DNA of 61,881 nt, the filler included, from Choristocarpus tenellus KU-1152 (lineage: Eukaryota; Protista; Phaeophyceae), in NCBI GenBank assembly GCA_964200185.2. It is 9 parts of 9 records of this genome, joined end to end, with 100 filler letters (N's around TTAATTAATTAA, not from the genome) between each part and the next. Parts side by side here need not be neighbours in the genome. Positions count along the whole stretch, not along the records: positions 56,675 to 61,881 come from CAXNAD020011505.1; 8 more parts are not named here. One strand, 5' to 3'. Each line of letters opens with the position of its first letter. Position 1 is the stretch's first letter. Made by a program: the position numbers and the translations under genes. Below are positions 56,675 to 61,881 of this stretch, piece by piece. The notes under the pieces were generated by a model, which was given only the letters and a program-made list of their open reading frames with translations, ran no database searches and was not told the DNA's origin.

Positions 56675-59600
56675 GCCTCCATTGCCAGAAAAAAGGCAAA
56701 TCTGCCTTTCTGCACGGAGATGAGGTTTCCATGGTTTGCCGATGTCAAAGTAGCACGAGGCCAACCCCGTCGACGGGAGTCAGCTTCTTCCTTGTTGCTG
56801 TCCGATGAGGAAGAGTCTGTTTCGTCAAGCCCGCCGAGATCATTGTCACCGCTGACGAGACTATCTCCTCCACCCGAGCGTTCACCCTGGTCGGTGTCTT
56901 CGATCGCGGGTACCAGTTCCAGCGCCATCATCATCGGTGGGAAGCCAATAGACAGGGAGGTCGAACTCTCGTTCACCTGTCTTTCTGAGAAGCCGCACAG
57001 ACTCGCTTTGCTCGTGTTTCGCTCTCTGAATGGCTTCATCGTCTGCGAAGGTGGAATCCATAAGCACGAGAACATCAACGGTATGGAAGCATGAATGTTA
57101 CTTTGTAAGCAGGCGTGAGGTTTCACGAATGCACTCGGGGAGCATGCAGTGTGAGGGAGGGTGTATATTTCGTCGGATTCGTTTATGTTGAGTACAAGAC
57201 CGGTACCCTCAAAACATTTATCGGGGTAATCTATTGTACTTTTTATTGTAACATGCGATGATCACTACGCAGGAGAATGGAAAATGTTTTGATATTCTTT
57301 TTGTAAAGGGGATAAAGGCTGCCTCTTACAGAAGTTGTACCAAACGTTTTTGGCTGCCACCGAATACAAAAATTAGCTATCAACTCCCCTCACGAAAAAA
57401 TCGACTTACCCAGTGGGTACGCAGCAGGGAGGCGCTCATGCGACGCCTGGTACCGCTGCTCCACCTTGAGAATGACGCCTTCGGGAACGCTCTTGAGCTG
57501 GTAGCGTGGTGCATCTTTGATACGAGGTGGGTGGCCGATGAAGAGGTCGTGCAGAGGGGCGTTGGGATCGATAGCAAGGTCTACGTCTATCCCACTCCAT
57601 TCGGTGCTGTGCATGTATGGCTTAATGCTAACCTTAACCCGCCCATCACCGCCTTTTTCAATGCGAGAGGTCCTGTAGCTCGTGATGTTTGGGACACGGT
57701 TGACGCGATCGCCAAGGAGTCCCTTGAAGTTGCCCTCGTTTCGTAGGGTCTTTCAGTAGACAGGAACCTCCGTGTAGGAGGCCTGCAGCTGAGTGAAAGT
57801 ATCTTAGAGGGTACGAGTTTTGCCCTGTTTGTCCATTTGGGGCTTGGCTTCCCACGGGTTTTTAAAGTAAATTTTCCTTCTCCAAAATGTTTCGGAGTAG
57901 ATAAAATGTGTACCTTATGAAAAGGTGTGTATGGAACAAGCATATTTACACTTCCTAACAAACACAACAGCCAAAATTACATCAAATCGCAACATTGGAT
58001 TTTGGCCCCCAAACGGACGCGGCTCTACCCTCTAAGATACTTCGACTCAGCTCTTCTTCACCCAGCTGTGTTCTCGTGAATATGTTCTTGCCTTTGATAC
58101 CACGTGAGAACCTGAAGGTGAAATGCAAGCAAGTTAGTTTTGGGGCTGGGGCGAAAGAAACGAAGTGGAGAAGCAAGATATATATGCAGGCACATGCTCC
58201 GATGCATGTATATGGAAGTTATAGATGTAAGAAGGGGTGATGCGTACATTTTTTTATTGTTTTGTTTGTACAGTAGGTTAGGAAACAGTTTTGGCAGCTG
58301 CTCTTATCGTTCAATTTTTTGGTGGGGAAATCAAAAGCCAATCAATCAATTACAGCGTACGACCATATACCATACATGGATGCAACAAGTTTGAGCCGCA
58401 AGCCTCAAGGTAGTATCTGTCCGTATGAAAACACTATGTGGCTATCGCCCTTGCATATCTTGTCTAATTACCTGGAGAACATGTGATCGATTTTGATGTG
58501 CGTGTGCCCCACCATCATAAAATGTATCTCGACCACATGAATGACACTCGCCGTGACCAACAGCCCCGCATATCCGAGGAAGAAATTGTTCTTGTTCTCT
58601 GAGACGCAGTTGTCGACCTGGCCAGTTTGGGGAGTCGGGAGGGAGGGAGGGATAGGCGTGAGGCCGATATGTCAGTCCATTTCGCCGCGTTTCGTGGATG
58701 AACAGTGTATGTTTCCAGTACTGCTAGAGCGCAAGGTCTACATCACCGCCATCATACATGCAACAAGCAACACACTAACCAAAACTAAAGACCGTGCAGT
58801 TAGATTTTTGGTGACCGGTATTCAGCGAGTATGTGTTGAGTAGGTCGTGTGAAGATGAAACTTTCTTACCTGTCAATGCGCGTGCTGGATGATGTGACTC
58901 CCCACGTGATCGAGGCTGTTGTGGTACTTGTCGATAAGCCTTGTGAGGGCAAGGTGAGTGGCTGTGCAGACAAGGTTACAACCTGCGCGAACGATGATGT
59001 CCGTTGTTAGTTGGCAAATAGTACTCTGCTTACTTAAGCATTGTATATTTGGAGCTAAAACGAGGGGTAATGGAATTTGTTTTAGCAATGTAGAGCACAT
59101 ACGCCCGAGTGGCTGATATACATGTGTTTGGGTTTCCCTCCTCCGTTGATTAGCTCTTACGTCCCTCTCACCCTAACCCTAACCTGATGCGTAGGATGGT
59201 AGGGGAGCACAATGCATCATCAGTTAATCGACTGTTCACTAGGGCTGCGGTATCTGTAGGCACATGGTGTAAGGATGTACTCGTCCTCGGGTATCTAACC
59301 TACGGCAGGTCCACTCGCCACGACGGAAAACCAAGTGGTGCGTGTGCAACGATCATCTATTCAGTCATGTGATTATTTGCCACGACCAACATTACGTACC
59401 TCCTCCAAGATTGATAGGAGTGAAGAACACCTCTGCGAACTGGCCTTCGACGTGTGCGGCCATGATTTTCTGGCGCCTGGAGTAGCCCCTGATAAGAAGG
59501 ACATGAATCAAAGAATCGTGTAAAGGAAGGTTCTATGGTGCGTCGTCATCGTGACGATCAGAAAATGTCGTGGAATTATTTGAGTATGTTTTGGCGGTTA

Positions 59601-61103
59601 TTTCTTGTGACTTTGCACTCATTTGTAGAATAAAACAGGGTCGTCTATTCTGTTCTGCGTGCGGCTGCGGGCTTGTTGTCAGATGGACTATGCGTGCGTG
59701 TGGTTACCTGTCACACCCGTGGGTAGGTGGGTAAAGTGCTGGGAGGGCGTGTGCTGTCTGGTTTGCGGCGTCTACGGACATGAACACGAACCCAAGAGGT
59801 TTACCGTCGGCTTTCCCCCGCATGGCGCTGCTGGTGCTGTTGGCGATGACCAGCCGATCCGCTTTGATAATCTGGCGAATGAGGGAGGGCAACATTACAT
59901 CTGTAAATCCAATAAATCTGCTCAGAGTTGTAAAAAAATGGCCACTTGTTAACACGTATGAGGTTAGTAAGAAAATGGAGTGTAGGTAAGAATAAATGTT
60001 TGTCTTTGGATATGTTTTTTAATGCCGCGTTCAATTCAAACACAGTATTATGGGGATTGTCGGAAGCACGTTCGTACGGGGCCTGAGAAGTTGCTACAGT
60101 ACCTGTCCCTCCTACATCCCGTTGTACACGACCAGGAAGCAGTCTATCATATAACGTGTGTGGGCAGTTAATAAGAACGTTTTTGCGCTGAGTGAGGGTT
60201 AGGCTGCTGCCATTAGCACCTGCATGGGGGTCTTCATTCGCAAACGGAAACAGATGTTGAAAATGGAAGGCAATGACGGCAACATGTTGCCACTGGACGC
60301 TTGTTGCAAAATTAACGCTGGACACATACCTCTCGATGTTCTGACAGCTCCTTATCGATGGCCTCGAGGACGGTGGAGTCGTTCGTGGGTTTTACACCAG
60401 GCGCACCGTGACGCTTCTCTTTTAAGGTGACACATATGTCACATTTCATATACTCGCCTCCTACCCTCACCCTCATGTTGGGTCTCTCCTCTCTGAGCAA
60501 CCAGAGGAAGTGCGCCTTGCTTACCCGCTTGGAAGGGTCGTCAGGATACACTCGTATTGCCTCTTTGCAAAAATCCTTGTATAGCTCCTAATTAAAAATG
60601 TTGGTTGTGTGGGAAAGTGATGAGTTACTGAGAAGGAACACTCGAAGAACACCCCTGGAAGATCTCTCGGAGGCTGGCTGACCAATAACTTGACCCTACC
60701 AATGTCAGATCGCGACCGGGGCCACATAGTATGTGAACACGGCGTCGAAATAACAGTTACTGTGCCTTCCTCCGTAAAAGCGACGAAGAGTATCATCATC
60801 ATCATTGTATCCTAGACATAGCAAACAAAAAAAATAGCCCTTGGTACGAATCTTCACATGTTCTTTCAACCTTAATATCAGACCGGTCCACGTAATGAAC
60901 ATCCTCCAACCCAGGATGCGGCCAACCTCTCCACCAAGGGCAAAACCTACCTCTTTGTCCGCGGCGTAGATCACAATTGTGGGCTTGTGAGGCATGAACT
61001 GCCCGTATGTATCAGCCCAGTAGTCTATCCAGGACTTCACCAGGTATCGCTTCGGACCCATGTCCTTATCTTCCCTCGTGCTGTTCCTACTGTAGTACCG
61101 CAC
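56675..61103 (-). pseudogene. Spliced Sola-like (DUF7869-type) DDD transposase, inactivated
   Basis: Ordered exons: YGQFMPH; YMKCDICVTL (CxxC); FMSVDAANQTAHALP (D1); AGCNLVCT; QVDNCVSENKNNFF (D2); FMMVGHTHIKIDHMFSR (D3); then the C-terminal region. Premature stops and a MITE insertion. Confidence 0.82.
57791..58048 (+). mobile_element. MITE family 1 copy (258 bp), TSD AGCT, inserted in a transposase exon
   Basis: AGCT|GAGTGAAAGTATCTTAGAGGGTA...TACCCTCTAAGATACTTCGACTC|AGCT. Confidence 0.95.
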
Positions 61104-61332
61104 GTATGTATATAAATGGATGGGAGATGTGTTAGAGGTGGATGTGGGGGACAGGGGATGGAATTCTAGAAGGATCGTATGCCAGCAGCGGAACTCTAAT
61201 TCTTTAGATATTTACGCGTGGTGACAGCTGCAGCAGCGTGGGGACGGCCGGATGATATGATATTGTTGAAACATAAAAAAACATATCGCACGTGTACATA
61301 CACACATAGGTAACACATTACTCCACGCTGGA

Positions 61333-61850
61333 GAGCCAAAGTATCTTAGAGGGTAAAGCCGCGTCCATTTGGGGGTCAAAATCCAATGTTACGATTTTGA
61401 TGCAATGTTGGTCATCGTTTTTGAAAGGAAGTGAGTGAAAGTATCTTAGAGGGTACGAGTTTTGCCCTGTCTGTCCATTCGGGGTTTGGCTTTCGATGGG
61501 TTCTTTTATGACATTTTCCTACTCCAAAATGTTTAGGAGTAGGTTAAGTGTTTATATTACAAAAGGTGTGTCCGCAACATGGATATTAACACTTCCTAAC
61601 AAACACGCCAGTCAAAATTATATCAAAATCACAATGTTGGATTTTGGCCCCCAAATGGACGCGGCTCTACACTCTAAGATACTTTGGCTCAAGTGCCAAT
61701 ATCCGTCTTCTGGACACAACTTTTCATACGTAATTTTTTAACTACTCAGAAACATTTCGGAGTAGGTAAAATGTCATAAAAAGGTATGAGAAGCCAAGCC
61801 CCAAATGGACAAACAGGGCAAAACCCGTACCCTCTAAGATAATTTCACTC
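61333..61850 (-). mobile_element. MITE family 1 copy (reverse), TSD TGGA, interrupted by a nested copy
   Basis: TGGA|GAGCCAAAGTATCTTAGAGGGTA...TACCCTCTAAGATAATTTCACTC|TGGA. Confidence 0.92.
61433..61690 (+). mobile_element. MITE family 1 copy (258 bp), TSD AAGT, nested inside another copy
   Basis: AAGT|GAGTGAAAGTATC...GATACTTTGGCTC|AAGT. Confidence 0.95.
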
Positions 61851-61881
61851 TGGAGGCATCTCTAACTTGTATATCAGACAT

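Noticed and set aside
57258-57746. 162-aa plus-strand ORF as a separate gene
   Set aside because: It is the antisense shadow of the transposase exon.

Overview
Eukaryotic, intron-rich, repeat-rich DNA, most likely from a photosynthetic stramenopile (brown-alga-like): GT-AG introns, a signal peptide followed by an ASAF plastid-targeting motif, and TTAGGG-like motifs. It is not one locus. Nine contigs are joined by artificial 100-nt spacers (44 N + TTAATTAATTAA + 44 N): 1-3631, 3732-7367, 7468-22422, 22523-35103, 35204-40633, 40734-44067, 44168-48210, 48311-56574 and 56675-61881. Host genes reconstructed by hand: a partial VPS13-family gene carrying three copies of an unusual inserted module; a complete 8-exon adenylate kinase lying head-to-head with a complete 4-exon small plastid-targeted protein; a partial CAMK/CDPK-like kinase; and two exons of a TBCE-like LRR protein. 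Mobile DNA: Copia, LINE and Gypsy remnants, an IS630/Tc1-like and a PIF/Harbinger transposase remnant, a spliced Sola-like (DUF7869-type) DDD transposase pseudogene, and two related MITE families sharing an AAAGTATCT terminal core. The MITEs show 3-4 bp TSDs, one nested insertion, and two insertions into transposase exons. Contig 48311-56574 holds an unassigned, decayed multi-exon gene with a ParB/DGQHR-like NGQHR motif, facing another unknown gene. All family calls come from motif recognition, not database searches.
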